Assembly (NCBI GenBank): GCA_943370645.1
Contig: CALRRR020000012.1
Location: 7,852-71,851 of the forward strand
DNA: 64,000 bases
Source of the DNA: Hydrogenophaga intermedia
GTDB lineage: Bacteria > Pseudomonadota > Alphaproteobacteria > Rhizobiales > Beijerinckiaceae
Reading direction: 5' to 3'
Positions 8,822 to 17,543 of this stretch are shown here, one piece after another. The translations under genes and the position numbers were made by a program. Within the stretch, counting starts at the first letter, position 1. Each line of letters begins with the position of its first letter. The notes under the pieces were generated by a model that worked only from the letters and a program-made list of their open reading frames with translations, did not search any database and was not told the DNA's origin.

Positions 8822-11800
8822 GTGATGGCGGGAGGTGTCATTGTTCCCGCGCTGTGTCCCGGTTGCGTGAGTAAGCTCTTGTCGGCGTTGCGGTCAGTTC
8901 GCACCTTCCTGTTCGGCGTCGGCCTTGCCGCGCTGGTTACGGCTGTCCCGCTGGTTCAGGCCAACGCGCAGGGTGCTCCCGCCGTGATCAAGGGCACCGA
9001 GCAGGCCAATTTCGGCCGCATGCTGTTCACCCTTCCCACCGCCCAGAAAATGACGGCCCGCATCTCCAACGGGGTGCTGATCGTCGGTTTCAGCGAGCCT
9101 ATCGAGATTGCGGCAGACCGTATCGTGCGCGAATTGCCCAGCTATGTGTCAGTCGTGCGGGTGGATCCGGACGGCAAGGGCATGCGCTTTGCCCTGACCC
9201 GAACCCTGACCCCCAATCTGCTGGAAGCCGGCGAGAGGGTGTTCATCGATCTCATTCCGGAGGGCTGGCAAGGCATGCTGCCCGGCCTGCCGCGCGAGGT
9301 CGTGGAGGAAATGAGCGAGCGCTTGCGGCGTGCCGAGGCGACGGCGCGAGAACTGAGCCGATCACGTGATCAGGCGGCCCCGCGCGAGGTGACCGTGCGC
9401 CTTGCCCGGCTGCCGACCTTGTCGCGGCTGGTCTTCGATGTGCCATCCGATGCCATGGTCGACCATCGCCGCGATGGTGACAAGCTCGACATCTCCATCC
9501 GGGGTGGCTTCACCATCGATCCTGCCCGCTTTCGCGCGATTCTTCCGGAGGGCCTCAGGCTCGACTCGATCGAAGCCGCGGATGGGGCAGTGAGGCTCCG
9601 GCTCTCGGTTGGCGACCGTTTCGATCTCAAGCACTTCCGCGAGGATGACGGCCTGGTGGTCGATGTCACCGACAAGAACCGCCCCAGACCTGCGGGCGAA
9701 GTCTCCTTGCCGCTTGCGCCAGCGGAACCGGCAGCAACACCACCTGCGACCGTTGCGGCTCCTTCGCCTGCGAGCGGACCAGCGCCCGCCCCACCTCAGC
9801 AGACCGCCGCTGCTGCCCCGCCGGCACTGCCTGCCGTCGATGCTGTGCCCGAAGCCGTGGCGCCAGTAGCGCCCGTGCGCAACGCCCAGCCGGCTGCTGC
9901 CCAGGCTGTGCGGCCCCAGCCGGCGCCCGCGCGCGCGGCTCAGCCTGCTCCGGACCCGGCCGCCCCGCGGGCCGTGGCCTTCGAGGTCAGCGAGCAGGAG
10001 GACGGTATCCGCCTCGACTTCGTGTTCCCGCGCCGTGCGGCGGCTGCGGGCTTCGATGACCAGGGCGAGACGGTGCTGGTGTTCGACACGATCGATACCC
10101 TCGATCCGCGTGATCTGCTCTCGGCTGCCGGCCCGCATCTCGATGCGGCCACCGTGACACGTGAGGGCAAGGCCACGGTCGTGCGCCTGCAGTTCAAGCG
10201 CAGCGGGCTGGTGCGGCTGGCGGCGGACGGGATGCGCTGGTCGCTGACGACGGGCGAGAAGGGCGTACAGGCGGCCGAGCCCCTGGTGGCGCGGCGCGGA
10301 GTCGACGAGCGTGGCCAGTCGATCGTCACGCTACCGCTGGCGCAGGTTTCGGGTGTGCACTGGATTGCCAGCGACAGCGGCCAGACCCTCGCCGTCGCAA
10401 CCGCCTACGGACCCGGCGCTGCCAAGCCCAAGCCACAGCGCTTCGTCGAATTCCAGCTCGAACAGACGGTGCAGGGCGCCGTCGTCACACCCTTTGCCGA
10501 TGATGTCATCGTGCGGGTCGGCGTGGGCGAGGTGACGATTTCGCGCGCCAGCGGGCTTGTAGTCTCGATCGGACCCGACACGCCGATGACGCTGGATACG
10601 GGCGGCAAGATCGATCTTGTTGCTGACCGCGCGGCCTGGGCCGAGATGCGCCAGGGCAAGGTTTACAACCGGCTTCAGGAGATGACCCGCAGGGCTGCCG
10701 AGGCACCGCGCTCCGAGCGCAGCGCAGCGCGCCTGCGGCTGGTGGCGTTCCAGCTGGCCAACGGCTTCCATGCCGAGAGCCTTGGCCCGATCACGGCGCT
10801 GCTGGCCGATGATCCCAACATGCGCAATGACCGCCGCCCGCACCTGCTGCGGGCGATGGCGCAGCTGATGATGGGGCGCAACAAGGATGCCGAGAAGACG
10901 CTTGCTCTGCCATCGTTGAAGGATGATGCCGAGGCTGTTCTGCTGAAGGCCGTGGTGGATTCCGAACTCGGGCGCTTCCCTGCCGCGCTGGCCGGCTTCC
11001 GCCGCTCGCAGGAGGTGGTCGACGCCTATCCAGACAACCTTCAGGCGCTGGTGCGGCTCGATATGGCGCGCACGGCGATTGCCATGCGTGACCCGGTGGT
11101 GGCGGAGCGCGAGCTGACGGCGCTGGGCAAGTTTGCGCCGACATGGTTGCCGCGTGACGAGGTCGAACTGCTTCGGGCCCAGCTCGACGACATCAGCGGG
11201 CGGCCTGAGGCGGCGCTGGCCGGCTTCAAGGCGCTGTTCGAGTCCGAACACAGGCCGATTGCGGCGCGTGCGCAGCTGAAGGGCGTGCTGTTGGCCGACC
11301 GTGAGCGCGACGGGTCAATCAAGCCCGACGAAGCGCAGGCGCGGCTGGAAACCGTGGCGCTGACCTGGCGCGGCGACGATGTCGAGATCGAGGCCATGGG
11401 CGAACTGGGCGCGATCTACGCCGGCCAGCAACGCTGGCGCGACGCCTTTGCGCTGGCCCGCAGCGCCAATACCTCGTTCCCTGACCACCCGATCACGCGC
11501 AAGCTGCATGACGAGACGGCGCGGCAGTTCGAAGAGTTGTTCACCACCGGCAAGGCCGACCAGTTGCCGCGTATCGACACGCTGGCCCTGTTCTACGACT
11601 TCAAGGAATTCATGCCGATCGGCCGGCGCGGTGACGAGATCATCCGGCGGCTGGCCGACCGTCTGGTCGAGGTCGACCTGCTCGATCAGGCCGGCGAGCT
11701 GCTGCAACACCAGATCGACAGCCGCCTCAATGGCGCGGCGCGGGCCACGGTGGCCGCGCGGCTGGCCATGATCCGGCTGATGAACAACAAGCCCGCCGAT

Positions 11801-12466
11801 GCCCTGCGCGCGCTCTCGTCGAGCCGGCTCTCGGAGCTGCCGCGCGATGTCAAGCGCGCCCGCCAGTTGCTGGAAGCCAAGGCGCTGTCCGACCTGTCGC
11901 GCACCGATCTCGCGCTGGAAGTGCTGGCTGGCGAACGAGGGCCGGAAGTGGACCGGTTGCGTGCGGATATCCTGTGGACCGCCCGCCGCTGGCGTGAGAC
12001 CGGCGAAGCGCATGAGCGCATGCTTGGCGATGCCTGGCGGCAAGCAGAGCCACTGGGCGACCGCCAGCGCTCCGACATCATGCGCGCTGGCCTTGCCTAT
12101 GTGATGGGCAACGAAGCGCTGTCGCTCGACCGTCTGCGCACAAAGTATTCCGCGCCGATGTCGCGCACGCCCGATGCCCGGACGTTCGCCTTCATCACGG
12201 CGGCCAACCGGACCCGCAGCGGCGATCTGCGCGAACTGGCCCGCGCGGTTGCCAATGCCGACACGCTGATGGAATTCATGTCCGACTACCGCAAGCGCTA
12301 TCCGGATCTGTCATCCAGCCTGCGCAACAAGCCCCAGGCGGGCGATGCCAAGCCGCCTGCCGACAGCGCGGCCCCCGATGCGCCGCCGCCAGCTGCCGGT
12401 GCGCCGAAGCAGGCCGACACCGCGCCGGCTGCCACACCTGCCGGCACGCAGGGCCGTCCGGGCTGA
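8822..12466 (+). CDS. Large (about 1214 aa) secreted protein embedded in the flagellar locus: two beta-rich N-terminal modules, a Pro/Ala linker, then a long helical TPR-like region
   Basis: It has a signal-like segment (FLFGVGLAALVTAVPLVQANAQ). Two modules of about 100 aa end in ...RVFIDLIPEGW and ...GLVVDVTDKNR, which look AMIN-like (inference). A P/A-rich spacer covers about aa 290-385. The C-terminal ~600 aa is Leu/Ala/Arg-rich helical repeats. The exact start is uncertain (GTG 8822 or ATG 8825). Confidence 0.5.
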   Translation: MMAGGVIVPALCPGCVSKLLSALRSVRTFLFGVGLAALVTAVPLVQANAQGAPAVIKGTEQANFGRMLFTLPTAQKMTARISNGVLIVGFSEPIEIAADRIVRELPSYVSVVRVDPDGKGMRFALTRTLTPNLLEAGERVFIDLIPEGWQGMLPGLPREVVEEMSERLRRAEATARELSRSRDQAAPREVTVRLARLPTLSRLVFDVPSDAMVDHRRDGDKLDISIRGGFTIDPARFRAILPEGLRLDSIEAADGAVRLRLSVGDRFDLKHFREDDGLVVDVTDKNRPRPAGEVSLPLAPAEPAATPPATVAAPSPASGPAPAPPQQTAAAAPPALPAVDAVPEAVAPVAPVRNAQPAAAQAVRPQPAPARAAQPAPDPAAPRAVAFEVSEQEDGIRLDFVFPRRAAAAGFDDQGETVLVFDTIDTLDPRDLLSAAGPHLDAATVTREGKATVVRLQFKRSGLVRLAADGMRWSLTTGEKGVQAAEPLVARRGVDERGQSIVTLPLAQVSGVHWIASDSGQTLAVATAYGPGAAKPKPQRFVEFQLEQTVQGAVVTPFADDVIVRVGVGEVTISRASGLVVSIGPDTPMTLDTGGKIDLVADRAAWAEMRQGKVYNRLQEMTRRAAEAPRSERSAARLRLVAFQLANGFHAESLGPITALLADDPNMRNDRRPHLLRAMAQLMMGRNKDAEKTLALPSLKDDAEAVLLKAVVDSELGRFPAALAGFRRSQEVVDAYPDNLQALVRLDMARTAIAMRDPVVAERELTALGKFAPTWLPRDEVELLRAQLDDISGRPEAALAGFKALFESEHRPIAARAQLKGVLLADRERDGSIKPDEAQARLETVALTWRGDDVEIEAMGELGAIYAGQQRWRDAFALARSANTSFPDHPITRKLHDETARQFEELFTTGKADQLPRIDTLALFYDFKEFMPIGRRGDEIIRRLADRLVEVDLLDQAGELLQHQIDSRLNGAARATVAARLAMIRLMNNKPADALRALSSSRLSELPRDVKRARQLLEAKALSDLSRTDLALEVLAGERGPEVDRLRADILWTARRWRETGEAHERMLGDAWRQAEPLGDRQRSDIMRAGLAYVMGNEALSLDRLRTKYSAPMSRTPDARTFAFITAANRTRSGDLRELARAVANADTLMEFMSDYRKRYPDLSSSLRNKPQAGDAKPPADSAAPDAPPPAAGAPKQADTAPAATPAGTQGRPG

Positions 12467-12487
12467 CAGCCCACGCCGCGAAGGGCG

Positions 12488-13324
12488 TCAACTCCCGTAG
12501 CTCTTGACGAGCGAGCCGGCCACCAGGCCCCAGCCGTCGACGAGCACGAAGAAGATCAGCTTGAACGGCAGCGCGATGATCACCGGCGGCAGCATCATCA
12601 TGCCGACCGACATCAGGATCGAGGCGACCACGAGGTCGATGATCAGGAACGGCACGAACAGCATGAAGCCGATCTCGAAGGCGCGCCTCAGTTCGGAGAT
12701 CATGAAGGCTGGCACCAGGACCTGAAGGCTGACCTGCTCGGGCGCGGCAGGCGCCGGCTCTTTCGACAACTCGATGAACAGGGCCAGGTCCTTCTCGCGC
12801 ACATGCTTGAGCATGAACGCGCGGAAGGGCTGCACACCCCGCTCGAAGGCCTGTTGCGGCGTGATCTGGTTGGCCAGCAGCGGCACGGCAGCGACGGTGT
12901 AGGCCTCGCGGAAGGTCGGGGCCATGATGAAGGCGGTCAGGAACAGCGCCAGCCCGGTGATCACCGCATTGGGCGGGGCCGTCTGCGTGCCGAGTGCGGA
13001 TCGCAGAAGCGACAGCACGACCACGATGCGGGTGAACGAGGTCACCATGATCAGGATCGAGGGCGCCAGCGACAGCACCGTGATCAGCGCGATCAGCTGT
13101 AATGCCCGCTCGGTGACACCGCCGCCTGAGCCGAAATCCAGCGTCATGGTCTGCGCCATGGCCGGGGCGCCAAGGCCAGCTGCACCCAACCAGAGCAGGC
13201 TCAGCCCGAGCCAGAGCAAAGGCCGGAGCAGCGCTGCTGGCCGCGTTCGCTCACGCCGGGGCTGGCGAGCCGGGCCCGCCCGGCCGTCACCGTCAACGGA
13301 AGAGTCATTTGAGGGAAACGTCAT
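12488..13324 (-). CDS. fliP: Flagellar type III export apparatus protein FliP
   Basis: 278 aa with the conserved SFTRIVVVLSLLRSALGTQTAPPN and MLPPVIIALPFKLIFFVLVDGW. It has a long N-terminal signal region. Confidence 0.9.
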   Translation of the reverse strand: MTFPSNDSSVDGDGRAGPARQPRRERTRPAALLRPLLWLGLSLLWLGAAGLGAPAMAQTMTLDFGSGGGVTERALQLIALITVLSLAPSILIMVTSFTRIVVVLSLLRSALGTQTAPPNAVITGLALFLTAFIMAPTFREAYTVAAVPLLANQITPQQAFERGVQPFRAFMLKHVREKDLALFIELSKEPAPAAPEQVSLQVLVPAFMISELRRAFEIGFMLFVPFLIIDLVVASILMSVGMMMLPPVIIALPFKLIFFVLVDGWGLVAGSLVKSYGS

Positions 13325-13472
13325 TCGAGCGCCGACTCACCTTGCCTTGGCGGCAGGGTAAAGCATCTCGACGGCAAACGCAGGCCGGCCTGTCCGTGAC
13401 TGGCCGTCCTGTTTGCCGGACGGCCCGATGGGGAAAGGGGCCGGTTTCGCTGTCTTCAGGAACTGGGCGTCT

Positions 13473-15002
13473 TCAGGTCTTGGGCGTCGCCGAGCGGTTC
13501 AGCAGCCGTGCGAATTCGGCCTCGATGGCATCGACCGAGAAGGGATCCGGGCTCGCGCTGGAGGCTGCGGCGGCGGTTGCGTCCTTCGGTGCTGCCGGCT
13601 TCTCATCCGCAGCACTGTCGCCTTCCGGGGTCTGTTCGCGGGATTTTGTGTCCTGGCTTTGCTGTGCCGCGGCCTTGGCCGGCTGGGCTTCTGGCGCTGG
13701 CGGGGCCGGTTCCGCCGGCTTTGCCGGTTCGGGCTTCGCCGCAACTGGCGCGGGCGCGGGATTCTGTTTGGTCGCTTCCTGCGTGTTCTCCTTAACGGGT
13801 TCTGGCCGCTTGGCAGGGGCTGCGGGAAGGGGGGCTGCGGCGTCCGCCGCCTTTAGGGCAGCGTTGGTTTCGCGAGGCTTGGCCACCGTCTCTGCCGGGC
13901 GCTGTTCCTTGTCCGCGTCCGGTAGAAGGCTGGCTGACAGCACAGCCTGCAGTTCCTGTTCGAGATCGGCCGCGAGTGGCTCAGGCTTGGCGACGTCAAC
14001 CGGTGGCGGTGCGGCGACAGCTGTTTCATTCTCCGCCTGCTTCTTCGGCGGTGTGGCGTCCTTCACCTTGCTGTCCGCTTCCGGAGTGGCAGGCGCTGCC
14101 GGGGGCGCCGCGCCCGGCTTCACGCCCGAGAAGGGCCGGGCAAGAGCTTCCTGCAGCTGCCGTGTCATGTCGTCGAGTTCGACCTGCGATGCACGTGCAG
14201 AAGCGGGCGCTGCGATCGGTTCAAGGATCGGCTTGGCCGGCGTTGTCAGGGGCGGTGTTGCTGAAGCGGTGACGGCTGGTATGACGGGAGGTGCCACAGC
14301 CGGGTTCGGGGCTGTGCGGGCCGCCATGTCGCGCGCCATTTCGGCTTCGAGCGAGGCCACGAAATCATCGGTGGCGGCTGTCCGCGCCGGCGACGTGGCG
14401 GGCATGGTGCCGGTTGGCGCGGTGGGTGCTGATGCCGGACGGGCGGCGGCTGCAGTCGACGCCAGTGCCTGTCCGGCTACGGCGGCGGTCGCGGCAGCCA
14501 TGGCTGCAGCAGCTGGGACAGTGGCCTGTTCCGCAGGTTGGGGGCGTGCCGGAAGTGCCGCCGGTGCGGCGCGGGGTGGCGGCGCTGCGGCGGGTTCAGG
14601 AGCAGTCACCGCAGGCTGGCGCGGCTCGGGCGGCAGGGGCATGTCGACTGCCTCGGCAGCCATCGGCACCTGTGCGCGGGCCGAACGCACGATGCTGGCC
14701 TCGATCACCAGATCGTTGGGGCCGCCGATCATCACCAGATGCTCGACATTGTCGCGGCGCAGCAGCACGAGCTGGCGTTGCCGGTCCATCTCGAAGACAT
14801 CGACGATGCCAAGGCGCGGCTGGCGCGCGCGGGCACCCTGGCCGGGGAATTTGAGGCGGCCACCGGTGATGCGTCGCAAGATCAGCCCCGCAACAACCAC
14901 CAGCAGAAGCACAAATGCCAGGGAGATGATCGCCTTGACCGGCGTCGACAGTTCATTGAAGCCAAACACGATGTCTTCGCCCTTGCACGATGTCTTTGCC
15001 AT
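13473..15002 (-). CDS. FliO-like export protein with a Pro/Ala-rich C-terminal extension of about 400 aa
   Basis: Starting at ATG 15002 (MAKTSCKG...), it has one TM segment (AIISLAFVLLLVVVAGLILRRI) followed by a FliO-type core (RLGIVDVFEMDRQRQLVLLRRDNVEHLVMIGGPNDLVIE). The remainder is low-complexity P/A/E/K, ending DPFSVDAIEAEFARLLNR. It lies upstream of fliP. Confidence 0.6.
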   Translation of the reverse strand: MAKTSCKGEDIVFGFNELSTPVKAIISLAFVLLLVVVAGLILRRITGGRLKFPGQGARARQPRLGIVDVFEMDRQRQLVLLRRDNVEHLVMIGGPNDLVIEASIVRSARAQVPMAAEAVDMPLPPEPRQPAVTAPEPAAAPPPRAAPAALPARPQPAEQATVPAAAAMAAATAAVAGQALASTAAAARPASAPTAPTGTMPATSPARTAATDDFVASLEAEMARDMAARTAPNPAVAPPVIPAVTASATPPLTTPAKPILEPIAAPASARASQVELDDMTRQLQEALARPFSGVKPGAAPPAAPATPEADSKVKDATPPKKQAENETAVAAPPPVDVAKPEPLAADLEQELQAVLSASLLPDADKEQRPAETVAKPRETNAALKAADAAAPLPAAPAKRPEPVKENTQEATKQNPAPAPVAAKPEPAKPAEPAPPAPEAQPAKAAAQQSQDTKSREQTPEGDSAADEKPAAPKDATAAAASSASPDPFSVDAIEAEFARLLNRSATPKT

Positions 15003-15086
15003 CGAAGGTGCAGGGCCAGCATGCCCTTGGGCCCTGTCCTGCACCCGTGTTCTATATCATTCCGTGCCACTTTGCGGAACTCATGG

Positions 15087-15101
15087 TTAGCGCCGGGTTA
15101 A
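15087..15101. promoter_or_regulatory. Degenerate CtrA-type box (TTAG-N7-TTAA) in the fliO / flgB gap
   Basis: TTAGCGCCGGGTTAA has one mismatch to TTAA-N7-TTAA. It lies 25 nt from a perfect box. Confidence 0.35.
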
Positions 15102-15125
15102 GATCGATGCCGGCAACGGCCGGTC

Positions 15126-15141
15126 TTAACGGGGCGTTAAC
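15126..15141. promoter_or_regulatory. CtrA-type box TTAA-N7-TTAAC upstream of flgB
   Basis: TTAACGGGGCGTTAAC is a perfect full consensus. It lies 70-85 nt upstream of the flgB ATG at 15211. Confidence 0.55.
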
Positions 15142-15210
15142 CATGCAGGCGGCAATTATTGCCGGGAGGGTGGCTGGCATTCAGCGCCCCGTCCGCAAGG
15201 GGTCACGCAC

Positions 15211-15591
15211 ATGGCGATTGGTGGGCTTCCGCTTTTCGATGCGTTGAAGGCACGGATGAGCTGGCATCACGCCCGCCAGAAGGTGCTTGCCGAGAACGTC
15301 TCCAATGCCGACACGCCCGGCTTCAGGCCCATGGATGTGAAGCCGCCAGCGCAGGCCACTGGTGGGTTGCAGCTGGCGCGCACGCAGGGCGGGCATATCC
15401 CGGTGGGTGGCGCGGGTGCGGGCAGGGACCCATCGCAGCAGCGCCGGTTTGAGACCACGCCCTCGGGCAATGGCGTCAATCTCGAGGACGAGATGATGAA
15501 GGTGGCCCAGAACAACCAGGATTATCAGCTCGCCGCGACGCTCTACCAGAAGAGCCTCGGGCTGATGAAAACCGCCATCGGCCGCCGCTGA
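15211..15591 (+). CDS. flgB: Flagellar proximal rod protein FlgB
   Basis: 126 aa with LAENVSNADTPGF and NGVNLEDEMMKVAQNNQDYQLAATLY. Confidence 0.88.
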   Translation: MAIGGLPLFDALKARMSWHHARQKVLAENVSNADTPGFRPMDVKPPAQATGGLQLARTQGGHIPVGGAGAGRDPSQQRRFETTPSGNGVNLEDEMMKVAQNNQDYQLAATLYQKSLGLMKTAIGRR

Positions 15592-15603
15592 GGAGCCCGC
15601 ATC

Positions 15604-16014
15604 ATGGATCTGCTCAAGAGCATCGTCGCCGCCGCATCGGGCCTTCGGGTCCAGTCCGGCCGCATGAAAGTGATTTCCGAGAACCTCGCCAATGCCGACT
15701 CGACCATGGATCGGCCCGGTGCCGACCCCTATCGGCGCAAGGTGCCAACCTTCAAGGGGCAGCTCGACCGGGAACTCGGCGTGCGCACCGTCGAACTTGG
15801 CCGCGTCCGCACCGATACCTCGCCCTTCCGCACCCGCATCGAGCCTGGCCATCCGGCGGCGGATGCAAACGGTGAGGTCAAGCTGCCGAATGTCAATTCG
15901 CTGATCGAGACCATGGACATGCGCGAGGCCCAGCGCAGCTACGAGGCCAATCTGAACGTGATTTCGTCGGCGCGCCGCATGATCTCGCGCACCATCGAAA
16001 TCCTGCGGGCCTGA
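15604..16014 (+). CDS. flgC: Flagellar proximal rod protein FlgC
   Basis: 136 aa with ISENLANADST and VKLPNVNSLIETMDMREAQRSYEANLNVI. Confidence 0.9.
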   Translation: MDLLKSIVAAASGLRVQSGRMKVISENLANADSTMDRPGADPYRRKVPTFKGQLDRELGVRTVELGRVRTDTSPFRTRIEPGHPAADANGEVKLPNVNSLIETMDMREAQRSYEANLNVISSARRMISRTIEILRA

Positions 16015-16039
16015 CGGCTGATTGTGGAGGGCTGATCCG

Positions 16040-16366
16040 ATGACAACCTCATCCTTCGTGGCGGGTGCCTACAACGCGGCCCAGGGCCTTGGCGGCAAGA
16101 GCCTGCTGGCCAAGCCGGCGCAAGGTGCCGGTGCCGTGGGCGGGCAGATCCCCGACTTCTCGGCCATGGTCAAAAGCGCAGTCGAGGGTGTCGGCGCTGC
16201 CGGGGCCAAGGCCGACCAGCAGGTTGCCGCTGCCGTGAGTGGCCGGGCCGACCTCGTCAACGTCGTGACGGCGGTGGCCGAGAGCGAGGCTGCCATCGAG
16301 ACGCTGGTGGCGGTGCGTGACCGCATCATCGCTTCCTACGAGGAAATCATGCGCATGCAGGTGTGA
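16040..16366 (+). CDS. fliE: Flagellar hook-basal body complex protein FliE
   Basis: Starts at ATG 16040, preceded by GGAGGG. The C-terminal AESEAAIETLVAVRDRIIASYEEIMRMQV is FliE-like. Confidence 0.8.
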   Translation: MTTSSFVAGAYNAAQGLGGKSLLAKPAQGAGAVGGQIPDFSAMVKSAVEGVGAAGAKADQQVAAAVSGRADLVNVVTAVAESEAAIETLVAVRDRIIASYEEIMRMQV

Positions 16367-16439
16367 TGCCTGCCTGATCTGTTTCTTCTCCTGCCCGTTC
16401 CCCAATTTTTCCTTCCGTTGCCAACCGAAAGCCAGGTCC

Positions 16440-16706
16440 ATGACCGGAGCCGTGATCCTCGACATCGCCCGTGACGGCATCGTCACCTTCCTCAAGGCGG
16501 GGGCGCCGGTGATGCTGGTCGCGCTCGTCATCGGCCTCGCGATCTCGATCCTGCAGGCCCTGACCCAGGTGCAGGAGCAGACACTGGTGTTCGTGCCGAA
16601 GATCATCGCCGTGTTCGCCTCGATGATGCTGTTCCTGCCCTTCATGGGCGACGCGCTGGGAAGCTATATGATGCGCATCGCGGCGCGAATCGCCTCCGGC
16701 GGCTGA
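16440..16706 (+). CDS. fliQ: Flagellar export apparatus protein FliQ
   Basis: 88 aa from ATG 16440, reading MTGAVILDIARDGIVTFLKAGAPVMLVALVIGLAISILQALTQVQEQTLVFVPKI. Confidence 0.88.
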   Translation: MTGAVILDIARDGIVTFLKAGAPVMLVALVIGLAISILQALTQVQEQTLVFVPKIIAVFASMMLFLPFMGDALGSYMMRIAARIASGG

Positions 16707-16781
16707 CGGTGTTGATGGCACCGGCCTCCTGCGGAGACGGGCGCATCGCACGGGCAGTCGCTGCCCTGTGCAAGGAGAGCC

Positions 16782-17537
16782 ATGACCATCACCATCCTGC
16801 CGGAACTGGCAGCCCTGTTCATGCTCGTGTTTGCGCGCGTGGGCACGATGGTGATGCTGATGCCCGGACTCGGCGAGCGCTTCGTGCTCAACCGGGCCAA
16901 GCTGGCGATCGCGGTGTTTCTGGCGTTGCTGCTGATGCCCGTCGCCCGGCCACTGATGCAGGTGCCATCCGATCCGGGTCTCTTGATGAGCCTGCTGATC
17001 TCGGAAATCCTGATCGGGGCCATCCTCGGGCTGTCGGCACGGCTGATCATGGCTGCGCTCCAGACGGCGGGCGTGATCATGGCCAACCAGATCGGACTTG
17101 GTTTCGCCACGGCGGTCGATCCGGCTATGGGGCAGCAGAACCCATCGATCGGCAACTTCCTGTCGATCCTCGGGATCACGCTGGTGCTGGTCATGGACCT
17201 GCACCATCTCGCCATTGCGGCGATCCACAACAGCTACACGATGCTGCCGCCCGGCGCTTACCCGTCCGTGGGCGATGCCTCGGCGCTCGGCCTGCGGGCG
17301 GTGAGCAAGGGCTTTTCGATCGCGGTGCAGATGTCGGCCCCGTTCATCGTGTTCGGCCTGCTGTTCAATCTCGGGCTCGGTGTGCTCGCGCGGCTGATGC
17401 CGCAGTTCCAGGTGTTCTTCCTCGGAGCGCCGGCCTCGATCCTGATCGGCATGGCGATTCTCGCCGCCATCGTCTCTGTCATGATGACCGTGTTCCTCGG
17501 CGAACTCGGCAGCTTCCTGAAACAGCTGGCGGGGTGA
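16782..17537 (+). CDS. fliR: Flagellar export apparatus protein FliR
   Basis: 251-aa polytopic membrane protein. Its position between fliQ and flhB and its FliR-like profile support the call. Confidence 0.85.
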   Translation: MTITILPELAALFMLVFARVGTMVMLMPGLGERFVLNRAKLAIAVFLALLLMPVARPLMQVPSDPGLLMSLLISEILIGAILGLSARLIMAALQTAGVIMANQIGLGFATAVDPAMGQQNPSIGNFLSILGITLVLVMDLHHLAIAAIHNSYTMLPPGAYPSVGDASALGLRAVSKGFSIAVQMSAPFIVFGLLFNLGLGVLARLMPQFQVFFLGAPASILIGMAILAAIVSVMMTVFLGELGSFLKQLAG

Positions 17538-17543
17538 CCGCCC

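Noticed and set aside
9700-14500. Pro/Ala-coding GC-rich stretches (in the large repeat protein and the FliO-like tail) as possible tandem DNA repeats or a CRISPR-like array
   Set aside because: These are low-complexity at the amino-acid level only. I could not see a regular repeat-spacer periodicity or exact DNA repeat units.
13309-15090. A 593-aa plus-strand ORF, the longest ORF in this region
   Set aside because: It is the antisense mirror of the FliO-like gene. Its composition is extreme low-complexity A/G/S/R with no recognisable domain. The minus strand carries a FliO-type TM plus core in the correct operon position.
15165-15185. A TGGCTGGCATTCAGCGC sigma54-like string upstream of flgB
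   Set aside because: The GG-to-GC spacing is 10 rather than 12 nt, so it does not fit a -24/-12 promoter.
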